Assembly (NCBI GenBank): GCA_963822965.1
Contig: CAWGJT010000005.1
Coordinates: 352,001 to 416,000, forward strand
Reading direction: 5' to 3'
From: an uncultured delta proteobacterium
GTDB taxonomy: Bacteria; Myxococcota_A; UBA9160; UBA4427
DNA length: 64,000 bases
Shown: positions 25,519 through 34,967 of the stretch, piece after piece
Layout: every line of letters begins with the position of its first letter
Position numbering within the stretch: the first letter of the stretch is position 1
Program-made: the position numbers and the translations under genes
The notes under the pieces: generated by a model
What the model saw: only the letters and a program-made list of their open reading frames with translations
Told to the model about the DNA's origin: nothing
Database searches by the model: none

Positions 25519-26265
25519 GTGTCCGCCATCGGCATCATTCCCGCCCGTCACGCCTCGACCCGCTTTCCGGGCAAGCCGCTGACGCCCATCGCGGGCGTTC
25601 CCATGGTGCAGCGCGTCTTCGAGCGTACCCGCCGGGCCCGCCACCTGCGCGAGGTCTTCATCGCCACCGACGACGACCGCATCGCCGAGGCGTGCCAGAG
25701 CTTCGGCGCCCCCGTCCTGATGACGCGCCCCGACCACCCGACCGGCACCGATCGCCTGGCCGAAGCCGCCGGGCAGCTCGACGACGACGTCATCGTCAAC
25801 GTCCAGGGCGACGAGCCGCTGATCGAGGGCTTCGTGATCGATGCGGCGGTGGAAGCCCTGCTCGAAGAGGCCGACACCCCGATGGCGACCGTGGTCCACG
25901 CCCTGGAAGGCCCGGGGCGCGAGGACCCGAACCGCGTCAAGGTGGTGCTGGACCGCGCCGGCTACGCGCTCTACTTCTCCCGCAGCCCGATCCCGTACCC
26001 GCGAGGCCACGGGCCCATCCGCAGCTGGCAGCACGTGGGCCTCTACGCCTATCGCCGCTCCTTCCTGCTCGAGTTCGTGACCCTGCCGCGGACGCCGGCC
26101 GAGAAGGCGGAGGAGCTCGAGCAGCTGCGCGCGCTCGAGCACGGCTATCGCATCCGGGTCGCCGTCGTCGAGGGCTGGGAGAGCGTGCCCGTCGACGTGC
26201 CCGAAGACGTGGCGACCGTCGAGGCGCGGCTGGCGCAGCTCACCCGGGGAGGTCGTCCGGCATGA
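25519..26265 (+). CDS. kdsB: 3-deoxy-manno-octulosonate cytidylyltransferase
   Basis: IIPARHASTRFPGKPL, GTDR, NVQGDEP, ALYFSRSPIP, LEQLRALE. Confidence 0.96.
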   Translation: MSAIGIIPARHASTRFPGKPLTPIAGVPMVQRVFERTRRARHLREVFIATDDDRIAEACQSFGAPVLMTRPDHPTGTDRLAEAAGQLDDDVIVNVQGDEPLIEGFVIDAAVEALLEEADTPMATVVHALEGPGREDPNRVKVVLDRAGYALYFSRSPIPYPRGHGPIRSWQHVGLYAYRRSFLLEFVTLPRTPAEKAEELEQLRALEHGYRIRVAVVEGWESVPVDVPEDVATVEARLAQLTRGGRPA

Positions 26266-27218
26266 CCGAGAAGCTCGACGCGGAGACGGTTCGCACCTGG
26301 GGCGAGCACTACTCCAACTGGGGACGTTGGGGTCCGGACGACGAGCGCGGCACCCTGAACTTCATCACGCCGGAGCGGGTGCTGGCGGCGTGCGCGCTGC
26401 CCCGCACGGGTCGGGTCATCTCGTGCGCCCTGCCCTTCGACCAGCGGGGCCCGCAGTCCGGTCTGGCGGGCCGCCACAACCCGATCCACGTCATGCTCGC
26501 GGACGGCGGGGACGCCCTCGCCGGCGCCCAGGACTTCCTGCCCGGCGGCTTCCGCTACGCGGACGACTCCGTCACGATGCCGCTCCAGTGCGGAACCCAG
26601 TGGGACGCGCTGGCGCACGTCTTCTACGACGGACTCATGTACGGCGGCCGGGACGTGAAGCTCGTCACCAGCAGCGGCGCGAAGGCCAACAGCATCGACA
26701 AGATCCGGGACGGCGTGGTGGGCCGGGGCGTGCTGCTCGACATCGCCCGGCACCGGGGCGTCGACTGGCTGGAGAACGGCACGCCCATCCTGCCGGACGA
26801 GCTCGACGCCTGCGCGGAGTCCCTGGGCGTCGCCGTCGAGTCCGGCGACATCGTGCTCGTCCGAACCGGGATGATGACCCGCTGCCTGGCGGAGCGGTCG
26901 TGGCAGGGCTACTGCGGGGGCGCCGCCCCCGGGCTCTCGGTGCACTGCGCGCGCTGGCTGTACGAGCGTGAGGTGGCGGCCGTCTGCACGGACACCTGGG
27001 GCGTCGAGGTGCTTCCGAACGAGACCGCGGACTGCTTCCAGCCCCTGCACATGATCTCGCTGCGCAACACGGGGCTGCTCTTCGGGGAGATCTTCCACCT
27101 CGACGAGCTGGCCGAGGCGTGCCACGCGGATGGCAACTACGCCTTCCTGTTCACGGCCCCACCGCTGCCGATCACGGGAGCCGTCGGCTCTCCGATCAAT
27201 CCCCTCGCCATCAAGTAG
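26262..27218 (+). CDS. Cyclase family (kynurenine-formamidase-like) metal hydrolase
   Basis: NWGRWGPDDERGTLN, QCGTQWDALAH, GRGVLLD, GDIVLVRTG, GSPINPLAI. Confidence 0.9.
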   Translation: MTEKLDAETVRTWGEHYSNWGRWGPDDERGTLNFITPERVLAACALPRTGRVISCALPFDQRGPQSGLAGRHNPIHVMLADGGDALAGAQDFLPGGFRYADDSVTMPLQCGTQWDALAHVFYDGLMYGGRDVKLVTSSGAKANSIDKIRDGVVGRGVLLDIARHRGVDWLENGTPILPDELDACAESLGVAVESGDIVLVRTGMMTRCLAERSWQGYCGGAAPGLSVHCARWLYEREVAAVCTDTWGVEVLPNETADCFQPLHMISLRNTGLLFGEIFHLDELAEACHADGNYAFLFTAPPLPITGAVGSPINPLAIK

Positions 27219-27340
27219 GCCATCAAGCAGGCCATCGAGCGGGCCGGAGAACAGGCCCTCGGCCGGGACGGGGGGCCGGGGCGGGCGCCCCGGATCGGGG
27301 TCACGCGGGTCCGGGGGGAGGACCCTCGGGAGCGGGTTCT

Positions 27341-27647
27341 GAAGACCCTCTAGCGGCTACGGCTTCCGCGCTCCCGAGGTCGGTGACGCTGGGTGCTTTT
27401 GCGCCCCAGTCGCACCGTGGATCGATGCGCTAGCTAGAGCGCCGTCACCTCACTCGCCGTAGTACAGCTACTTTGCAATTGCTTACCTCCTCATTTCGGC
27501 GAAGAGACGACCAGCGAGGCCCAGTACCCCGCTTTCGATCCTGGTGTCCAGGGTGGGCGCCGTACCCGCCCCTCCAGGCCGCTCCACCCCCGCTGCGGGC
27601 ACGCGCCCGCCCGGGACCGGAACTCGGGAGTGAGTGAGACCCCCTTG
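27341..27647 (-). ncRNA. Candidate structured non-coding RNA (~300 nt), family not recognised
   Basis: No plausible long ORF; a dedicated promoter upstream on the minus strand; a long-range closing helix and several internal hairpins (see findings). Confidence 0.5.
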
Positions 27648-27653
27648 CGACGG

Positions 27654-27682
27654 AACGTATCGGACGGTCCCGGGCCGGTCAA
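27654..27682 (-). promoter_or_regulatory. Sigma70-like promoter firing leftward into the intergenic region
   Basis: Minus strand TTGACC (27682-27677)-N17-TACGTT (27659-27654). Confidence 0.65.
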
Positions 27683-27796
27683 AAGCGGGGCGGCGTGGGA
27701 CCGGGCTCCAGGCGGCCCGCCCCGGTGCGGGGCCGCTCGCGCGGGGTCGCCGCCGCCCCCTGAAACCGCCCTGGCAGGGGCTAGACTCGCCGGCCC

Positions 27797-28657
27797 ATGA
27801 CCGCGCCGAACTCCGCCACCGTGCTCGTGTCCTGTCCCGACCGCCCCGGGCTCGTGGCCTCCCTGGCCCAGGTCCTCTACGGCCACGGCGCCAACATCCT
27901 GGCCGCCGACCAGCACACGGACTCCGAGGTCGGGCATTTCTTCCAGCGCGTCCGCTTCGACGCCGCCAGCCTGCACACCGACCGCCTCACCCTCCGGCAG
28001 GCCATCGGCGAGGTGGCCGAGCGCTTCGGGATGCAGTGGCGCATCGCATACGACGACCGGGTGAAGCGCGTGGCGATCTTCGTGTCCCGCACCGACCACT
28101 GCCTCTACGACCTGCTGCTGCGCCATCGCGCCGGCGAGCTGCCCTGCGAGATCGCGCTCATCGTGAGCAACCACGAGACCCTCTCCCCCATCGCCGCGCA
28201 GTTCGGCATCCCGTTCCGCGTCTTTCCGATCCGCCCGGAGACCAAGGCCTCCCAGGAGCGCGACGAGCTGGCGCTGCTCAAGCAGGAATCCGTCGATCTC
28301 GTCGTGCTCGCCCGCTACATGCAGATCCTGAGCGCGGACTTCATCGTCGAGTATCAGTCCCGCATCATCAACATCCACCACTCGTTCCTGCCCGCCTTCG
28401 CCGGAGGCCGCCCCTACCACCAGGCGCACGCACGCGGGGTGAAGTGCATCGGCGCCACGGCGCACTACGCCACCGGCGATCTGGACGAGGGGCCGATCAT
28501 CGAGCAGGACGTCGTGCGCGTGACGCACCGCGACTCCCCGGCCGACCTGGTCCGCAAGGGGCGGGACGTGGAGCGGGACGTACTCTCCCGCGCGGTCCGG
28601 GCGCACCTCGAGGACCGCATCCTGGTGTTCGAGAACAAGACCGTGGTGTTCGAGTAG
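27797..28657 (+). CDS. purU: Formyltetrahydrofolate deformylase
   Basis: ACT domain CPDRPGLVA; VLARYMQILS, INIHHSFLPAF, GATAHY, LDEGPIIEQ. Confidence 0.97.
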   Translation: MTAPNSATVLVSCPDRPGLVASLAQVLYGHGANILAADQHTDSEVGHFFQRVRFDAASLHTDRLTLRQAIGEVAERFGMQWRIAYDDRVKRVAIFVSRTDHCLYDLLLRHRAGELPCEIALIVSNHETLSPIAAQFGIPFRVFPIRPETKASQERDELALLKQESVDLVVLARYMQILSADFIVEYQSRIINIHHSFLPAFAGGRPYHQAHARGVKCIGATAHYATGDLDEGPIIEQDVVRVTHRDSPADLVRKGRDVERDVLSRAVRAHLEDRILVFENKTVVFE

Positions 28658-29623
28658 ATGACGTTCCGGCTCTTCGCGCTGACGCTCGCGGCGTGCGTGC
28701 TGGCGGTCGCGTGGGCGGCCTCCTGCGTCATCTGGCGCGCCGCGGAGGTGAACGAGCTGGTGGGGCCGCTCGAGCCCCGCCGCTTCCCGGAGCTCACGGT
28801 GGTGGCGCTGGGCACGGGCAGCCCCTACGAGAACCCCGAACGTCTCGGACCCGTGACGGGCATCGCTTGGGACGACCAGGTGGCGCTGGTCGACGTGGGC
28901 CGCGGGGTGGCGGAGGCCCTGCGGCTCGCGCGCATTCCCGTCACCCAGCCCTCCCGGGTGCTGCTCACGAGCCTGATGCCCGAGAGCACCATGGGCCTGG
29001 ACGACCTGCTCTACACGGCCTGGCTCGAGGACCGCAGCCAGCCGATCGCGGTGTTCGGCCCGTCCGGCACCCGCGCCTTCGTCGAGGGCCTCGACGAGGC
29101 CTATCGCACCGGCCGTGAGGCCCTGGGCCAGGCGCTGGCGCTTCCGTCCGAGGGAGCCCGGCTGGTGGTGACCGAGGTGGACGACGGCTTCCACGCGGAC
29201 TGGGAGGGGCTCTCGGTGTCGGCCGCCGCCCTGCCGGACGGCCCGACGCCCGCGCTGGCCTGGCGCTTCGAGCGCGCCGGCCACAGCGTCGTCGTCTCGG
29301 GCGTCGGCTGGGGGGAGGACCGCCTCGTGGACCTCTCCCAGGGCGCCGACATGCTGCTCCACGAAGCCGTCTACGTGCCGCCGCCCGAGGACGTGGAGGA
29401 TGCGGGGGTGGTCGCCGATCCGGAGCGCCTGCGCCGGGAGGGCGCGATGCACACGTCGCTGCTGCACGTGGGCGAGCTGGGGCGACGCGCCGGGGTCGGC
29501 ACCCTCGTCCTGGTCCGCATGCGGCCGCCGCCCTTCTACGACATCCAGGTCACGGCCTTCGTGGACGACACCTTCCCGGGCCGGGTCGTGGTGCCCGAGG
29601 ACGGCGACGAGCTCGTCCCGTAG
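28658..29623 (+). CDS. RNase Z/AtsA-like metallo-beta-lactamase-fold protein with an N-terminal anchor and a degenerate metal site
   Basis: VVALGTGSP, LVDVGRGV, VFGPSGT, ADMLLHEA, MHTS; the HxHxDH motif is replaced by SLMPES. Confidence 0.8.
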   Translation: MTFRLFALTLAACVLAVAWAASCVIWRAAEVNELVGPLEPRRFPELTVVALGTGSPYENPERLGPVTGIAWDDQVALVDVGRGVAEALRLARIPVTQPSRVLLTSLMPESTMGLDDLLYTAWLEDRSQPIAVFGPSGTRAFVEGLDEAYRTGREALGQALALPSEGARLVVTEVDDGFHADWEGLSVSAAALPDGPTPALAWRFERAGHSVVVSGVGWGEDRLVDLSQGADMLLHEAVYVPPPEDVEDAGVVADPERLRREGAMHTSLLHVGELGRRAGVGTLVLVRMRPPPFYDIQVTAFVDDTFPGRVVVPEDGDELVP

Positions 29624-29632
29624 AGGCCCGGG

Positions 29633-31042
29633 TCAGATCGAGATGCCCTTGTCCTGCATGGGAATCACGTGGTCGGGATCGGGAGCGGGGACGATCCAGT
29701 GGCTGGGCGGATCGGGGCGATCTCCCGCAGCCCGCTCGCCCGTGAAGCGCCGGCGCTGCTCGCGGAAGTAGGTCTCTCCCTGCGCGAGCTGGATCGCCTC
29801 ATCGATCACGGCGACGGCGCCCTGGTCGTCCCCCGCCACGAAGAGCACCTCGGCCAGGGTGTCGAGGATGTTCGGGTCCCGCCGGTCGGTCCGCTCCACG
29901 GCCCGCTCGGCCAGGGCGGTCGCGACGTCGAGCTCTTCCGCGTCCGGCTTGCTCTCCGTCACCATCCGCCAGGCCAGGTCGTTGAGCCCGTAGGGGCCCA
30001 CCTCCTTCACCTCCAGGAGGTGCCGGCCGTGGCTCGCCAGGGCCGAAGGATCGCGCTCGATCAGGCGAAAGGCGCTGCTCATCGAGGCGAGCACCGCCAC
30101 GGCCACCGCGATGGCCGCGTAGCGCTGCATGCGGGTGAGCGGCCTGCCGTCGAGAGCGCCTTCGGCGGCCAGGGGCATGATCAGATAGCCCGCCGCCAGG
30201 CCCCCGAGATGGGCGGCGGCCGCCACGAAGGGCAGCACCGCGTCGAGCACCCCCTGCAGCACCAGCATCCACAGGAAGAAGCGGCGCGGGATGCGCCACC
30301 AGGCGGGGAGGCGCTCCGCCTCGTTGAACTCGAGCCACAGCACGGCTCCCACCAGCCCCGCGACCACCGCCGAGGCGCCCAGCACCTGTTGGTAGCCTGC
30401 GATCGCGCTGCCGAGCATGCCGCCCACGCCTCCCGCGGCCATCACCAGGAACGTGCGCACGGCGCCCAGCGGCCGCTCCACCAGCAGCCCGAAGGCCGCG
30501 AGGCACACCATGTTCAGGACGATGTGGAACGGCAGCAGCAGGGAAGGCTCGTGGAGCAGATTCGCCGTCACGATCCGCCACCACTCGCCGACGTTCACGA
30601 GCACCGGCACGAAGACCCCCGCCTGCAGGGTGAACGGATCGGCGAGCTCGAGGACGAAGACCGCGACGCACAGCGCCATCAGCGTGTACGTGGCACGGCG
30701 GGGATGCGGCGCCAGCGCGCGCTCCGCCACCCGACGCATGCGCTCCAGGTGCTCCCGTCCGTCGGGCTCGTCGGCCAGCTGCCAACGGACGGCCTGGACG
30801 AAGCTCTCGGGGTCGCCCTCCCGGACGAAATGCGCCCGGCGGATCAGCAGGGTGGTCTTGCGCGTGGCGATCCAGACGCCGAAGGACGTGGACTCCACGT
30901 GCGTCAGCTCGGCGAAGGGAACGAATCGGCTCTCGAGACCGCGGCGGCCCAGCCCGAGGCGCAGTCCGCCGGGCACCAGGGCGACGAAGCACCCGGCCGG
31001 AAGCAGCTCCCAGCGGGACTCCAGATCGCGATCGGACTGCAT
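29633..31042 (-). CDS. Rhomboid intramembrane serine protease with a C-terminal TPR-like domain
   Basis: GEWWRIVTANLLH, HIVLNM, GASA, AHLGGL; helical tail LNDLAW..ILDTLAEVL. Confidence 0.9.
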   Translation of the reverse strand: MQSDRDLESRWELLPAGCFVALVPGGLRLGLGRRGLESRFVPFAELTHVESTSFGVWIATRKTTLLIRRAHFVREGDPESFVQAVRWQLADEPDGREHLERMRRVAERALAPHPRRATYTLMALCVAVFVLELADPFTLQAGVFVPVLVNVGEWWRIVTANLLHEPSLLLPFHIVLNMVCLAAFGLLVERPLGAVRTFLVMAAGGVGGMLGSAIAGYQQVLGASAVVAGLVGAVLWLEFNEAERLPAWWRIPRRFFLWMLVLQGVLDAVLPFVAAAAHLGGLAAGYLIMPLAAEGALDGRPLTRMQRYAAIAVAVAVLASMSSAFRLIERDPSALASHGRHLLEVKEVGPYGLNDLAWRMVTESKPDAEELDVATALAERAVERTDRRDPNILDTLAEVLFVAGDDQGAVAVIDEAIQLAQGETYFREQRRRFTGERAAGDRPDPPSHWIVPAPDPDHVIPMQDKGISI

Positions 31043-31139
31043 GTCGGCCAGGGTAGCGTTCCCCGAAACGGGAACGACCCGCCCTCGAGGCGGGTCGTTC
31101 GGAAGACCGTGCGGCTCTCGCTCGCCGACGGCGGGCCCG

Positions 31140-32472
31140 TCAGGACCTGCGTTCGGCGACCGCCAGCGACGGGAAGACCCGGGAGTAGATCAGGAAGACC
31201 AGCGCGAACGCACCCACGAAGCCCGCGAGCACGCCGAGCTGGATCGGGCCGAGCCACGAGAGCTGATCGCCCTTGATGACGGACGGCCAGATCAACAGGT
31301 TGCGCTCGAGCCAGAAGCCGAGCACCACGCCCGCGGCGACGGGGCCGGCGATCCAGACGGTCTTCTTGGGTCGCTCGCCCAGCAGCACCCAGAACGGGAT
31401 GATCCAGTTGAAGAGCCAGACCACCATCGAGAGCCAGCCGTAGCCCTCCCGCAGGCGGGCCCACTGGAAGTTCCAGTCCGTCCAGGTCAGCGCCCAGTCC
31501 ACGGCCCCATAGCCCTTGTCGATGACGAACTGCGGTCCGAGGCGATCGCGGACGAAGCTCGTCTCCTCGGGAAGGTTGCCGTAGTAGATCACCAGGTACT
31601 GGGAAAAGAAGAGGTAGAGCCAGAAGATGCCGAAGGCGAAGATCAGCTTGCCGATGTCGTGCATCCGCTTCTCGCTGATCTGTCCCTCGAAGCCCGGTGC
31701 ATTTCGGTGGAAGAGCCCGATCAGCGCGGTCAGCGAGAGCGCGGAGGCGATGCCGCCCCAGAGCACGTAGGCGCCGAAGAGGTTCGAGAACCAGGCCTGA
31801 TCCATGGACATGACCTGGTCGAAGACCACCAGCGAGAAGCCGATCGCGAAGAAGAGGATGAGCGGCGGCGCCATGCGGCCCAGCTTCGCGTCGGCGGTGT
31901 CCCGCTCCTCCCGGTCGCCCCGCCAGCCGGCGGTCCATCGCTCGGACAGGGTCTTGGCGAAGCCCGTCGCGCCGGGCGAGCCGCCGCCCAGGGTGGGCCG
32001 CAGGGAGGTCTTGAGGAAGAGGATGGTCCAGAGGGCCAGGACCACCAGGATCGCGATGTCCGAGCCGTAGACGCGCGCGTCGTTGAGCCACGCTTCCTTG
32101 CCGTGCATGGCGCCTTCGCGCGACCACTCGAAGATGTAGTGCCGGCCGAAGTAGCCCACGCAGGCCAGCACGGCCGTGATGGGCACCCAGGCCGCGAGCC
32201 CCTCGGCGATGCGCCGGTACGGGCCGGGCCAGGTGGCTCCGACGGTGCAGAAGATCGCCGCCAGGATGAGCCCGCCCTGCGCGAGGGTGCCGAAGTAGAT
32301 GAAGTTGGTGTGGAAGGCGAGCCACGTGGTCTGCGGGTCCGCGCGGAGCCCGTAGAGGAAGGTCGCGACGCCCAGCACCACCAGACCCGCGCAGATCATC
32401 GTCAGCGGCTGGGGCAGCGGCCGCGGGATTGGCCTTCTCGATCTCGTGACCTTTTCCGTGCGCGGCGCTCAC
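31140..32472 (-). CDS. actF: Alternative complex III membrane subunit ActF (frameshift near 32430)
   Basis: Multi-TM; WFSNLFG, HDIGKLIFAF, FSQYLVIYYGNLPEE; last gene of the act operon. Confidence 0.88.
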
Positions 32473-33080
32473 TGTCGCACTCCCTGACCGTTGATCTCGC
32501 GGAGATAGTTGACGACGTCCCAGCGTTCCATCGGCGGGATGCGGTCGTAGCTCGGCATCCGCCCGCGCCCCATCGAGATCGTCGTGTAGATGTGTCCGTC
32601 GGAGAACACCCGGGCCATGCTGCTCGGCCCGTTGATGGGCAGGACCAGCTGGAAGGGCCCGGTGTTGTTCGGCGCGAACGGCGAAGCGGCCGCGACCGTC
32701 CCGTCTCCCATGCCCTGGGGACCGTGACAGGCAGAGCAGTACCGGGCGAAGAGCTTCTCGCCGTTCTTCAGCGAGGCCAGGCTGGCGGGCACGGGGTTGG
32801 TCACGGCGTCCTGCTGGGTGAGGTCCATCACCGCCACGTCGGGCAGGGACGATCCGCCCACCGGGATGGTTCCGTCGGGCGGGACGAAGCCCTGCAGCTG
32901 GTCGTGGTAGGGGATCTCCTCGAAGGCCTGGATCGCCGGCTGCTTCTTCATCTGCGGGAACCACGCACCGCCGTCCATCTGCTCCCAGCAGCCGAACGAC
33001 GCGGCCACCACGAGCAGCACCGCGACGGTCCAGGGACGCGGCAACGCGGGTCTGCGCGGAGAACGCTTCGACGAGCTCAC
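32469..33080 (-). CDS. actE: Alternative complex III monoheme cytochrome c lipoprotein ActE
   Basis: Lipobox SFGC, PPDGTIP, CSACH, GRGRMPSY, ERWDVVNY. Confidence 0.9.
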   Translation of the reverse strand: MSSSKRSPRRPALPRPWTVAVLLVVAASFGCWEQMDGGAWFPQMKKQPAIQAFEEIPYHDQLQGFVPPDGTIPVGGSSLPDVAVMDLTQQDAVTNPVPASLASLKNGEKLFARYCSACHGPQGMGDGTVAAASPFAPNNTGPFQLVLPINGPSSMARVFSDGHIYTTISMGRGRMPSYDRIPPMERWDVVNYLREINGQGVRQ

Positions 33081-33580
33081 TCATCGAGAAGGGTGACCTC
33101 CTTGGCGGAGAGGCTCCGCAGCAGGGCGTCGACCTCGGCGACGTCGCGATCGCTGACCGTCACCGCCACCCCGAACTCCTCCGCCGAGAAGCGCGGGCTG
33201 TAGGCGGCGTCGAGGGGCCTCGGATAGAGCCGACCCACGAGGAAGAGGCCCACCAGCGTGAGGACGCCGCCGAAGAGGATGGTCAGCTCGAAGCCGATGA
33301 TCACGTAGGGCGGGATCGACGCGTAGGCCTTGCCGGCGATCTTGATCGGCCACTCGAGGGACATCCAGATCTGCATCGCGAAGCCGGTCACGACGCCGGT
33401 GAGCCCGCCGACGAGCGTGAACGCGCGCACCTTGCTGGGACGATCGTCCATGGCCTCGTCGATCTGCTCGAACGGGGCCGGCGAGTACGACTCGATCTGG
33501 TCGAAGCCGCGTCCCCGCAGCTTGCGGATGGCCGTCGCCGTGTCGTCCGGCATGTCGAAGACGCTCACCAGGGTCGGCAT
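33077..33580 (-). CDS. actD: Alternative complex III subunit ActD (DUF3341-like)
   Basis: ESYSPAP, WPIKIAGK, FELTILF, PRFS. Confidence 0.9.
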   Translation of the reverse strand: MPTLVSVFDMPDDTATAIRKLRGRGFDQIESYSPAPFEQIDEAMDDRPSKVRAFTLVGGLTGVVTGFAMQIWMSLEWPIKIAGKAYASIPPYVIIGFELTILFGGVLTLVGLFLVGRLYPRPLDAAYSPRFSAEEFGVAVTVSDRDVAEVDALLRSLSAKEVTLLDE

Positions 33581-34967
33581 CAGTGGGCCTCCGCGTGCGC
33601 GGCCCCGGCCGCGTGCGCCTTTTCGTGGATCAGAAGCTCCTTCATCTCGGCGATGGCGATGATCGGGAGGAACTTCAGGAAGAGCAGGAAGAACATGCTG
33701 AACCAGCAGAACGAGCCCGCGAGGATCGAGAGCTCGGCCGGGCTCGGGATGTAGAGGCCCCAGGCGCCCGTCACGTACTCCCGCGAGAGCGACGTGATGA
33801 TGATGACGTAGCGCTCGAACCACATGCCGATGTTGATGAACACGCAGAGCACGAAGAGGAAGGGGACGCTCGTCCGGAGCTTCTTGATCCAGAGCAGCTG
33901 CGGGAAGATCACGTTGCACGAGATCATGATCCAGGTCGAGATCCAGTAGGGACCGAAGGCGCGCAGCCAGAAGCGAGGTCTGCTCGAAGTCCACGCCGCT
34001 GTACCAGGCGATGAAGTACTCCGCCGCGTACGCGTAGCCGCAGATCAGCGACGTGAACAGGATGAAGCGGGACATGTTCTCGAAGTGGTAGTCGGTGATG
34101 TACGGCTCGAGGCGGAAGATGCGCCGCACCGGGATCATCACCACCACCACCATCGCGAAGCCACCGAAGATGGCGCCCGCGACGAAGTAGGGCGCGAAGA
34201 TCGTCGCGTGCCAGCCCGGGACGATGGACATGGCGAAGTCCCAGGACACGACCGAGTGGACGGAGAGCACCAGCGGCGTCGCGAGGCCGGCCAGGTGCAG
34301 CACGGTGCGGTTGTGGGCCTTCCACTGGCGCCCGGTGCCCTGCCAGCCGCCCGACAGGAGCGTGTACACGAACTTCTTGATGCCCGTGGCCCGGTCGCGA
34401 GCGATGGCGATGTCGGGAATCAGGCCGACGAAGAAGAAGATGATCGAGATCAACATGTAGGTGTTGATCGCGAAGACGTCCCACAGCAGCGGGCTCTTGA
34501 AGTTCACCCACAGGGCGCGCTGGTTGGGATACGGGATGAGGAAGTAGAACTTCCAGAGGCGGCCGATGTGGATCAGCGGGAACAGCGCCGCGGTCAGCAC
34601 CGCGAAGACCGTCATCGCCTCGGCGCCGCGGTTGATCGCGTTGCGCCACTTCGCCCGGAAGAGGAAGAGGATCGCCGAGATCAGGGTCCCGGCGTGGCCG
34701 ATCCCGATCCAGAACACGAAGTTGATGATGTAGACGCCCCAGAAGATCGGGCGCCTGGTAGCCGGCGATGCCCAGGCCCTTGTAGGTCTGGTAGGCCAGC
34801 GTGAAGATCGCCTGGGCGACGCCGATCAGCGCCAGACCGAGCAGCAGACCCCACTGCCAGGAGACCCCCTTCGTCACCGACATCACGTCGGTATTGATCT
34901 GGGAGTCCTGCGGGATCGTGCTCGGCCGCATCATGTCGACCACTGCAGTAGCGGGCGGCGGCGTCAT
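33580..34967 (-). CDS. actC: Alternative complex III NrfD-family quinol-binding subunit ActC (frameshifts near 34750 and 33970)
   Basis: FVFWIGIGHAGTLISAIL, HIGRLW, SPLLWDVFAI, VLSVHSVVSWDFA, GMWFER. Confidence 0.94.

Noticed and set aside
26575..26625. Inactive cyclase because HxGTHxD reads QxGTQxD
   Set aside because: The Gln variant is a common subfamily form of this family and is not evidence of novelty.
27341..27650. tmRNA, RNase P RNA, SRP RNA, or a ZTP riboswitch for purU
   Set aside because: No tRNA-like ends or ANDN..ALAA tag, no GAGGAAAGUCC, no SRP helix-8 CAGG..GGAA..AGCAG and no ZTP consensus were found by eye. An Rfam scan is still needed.
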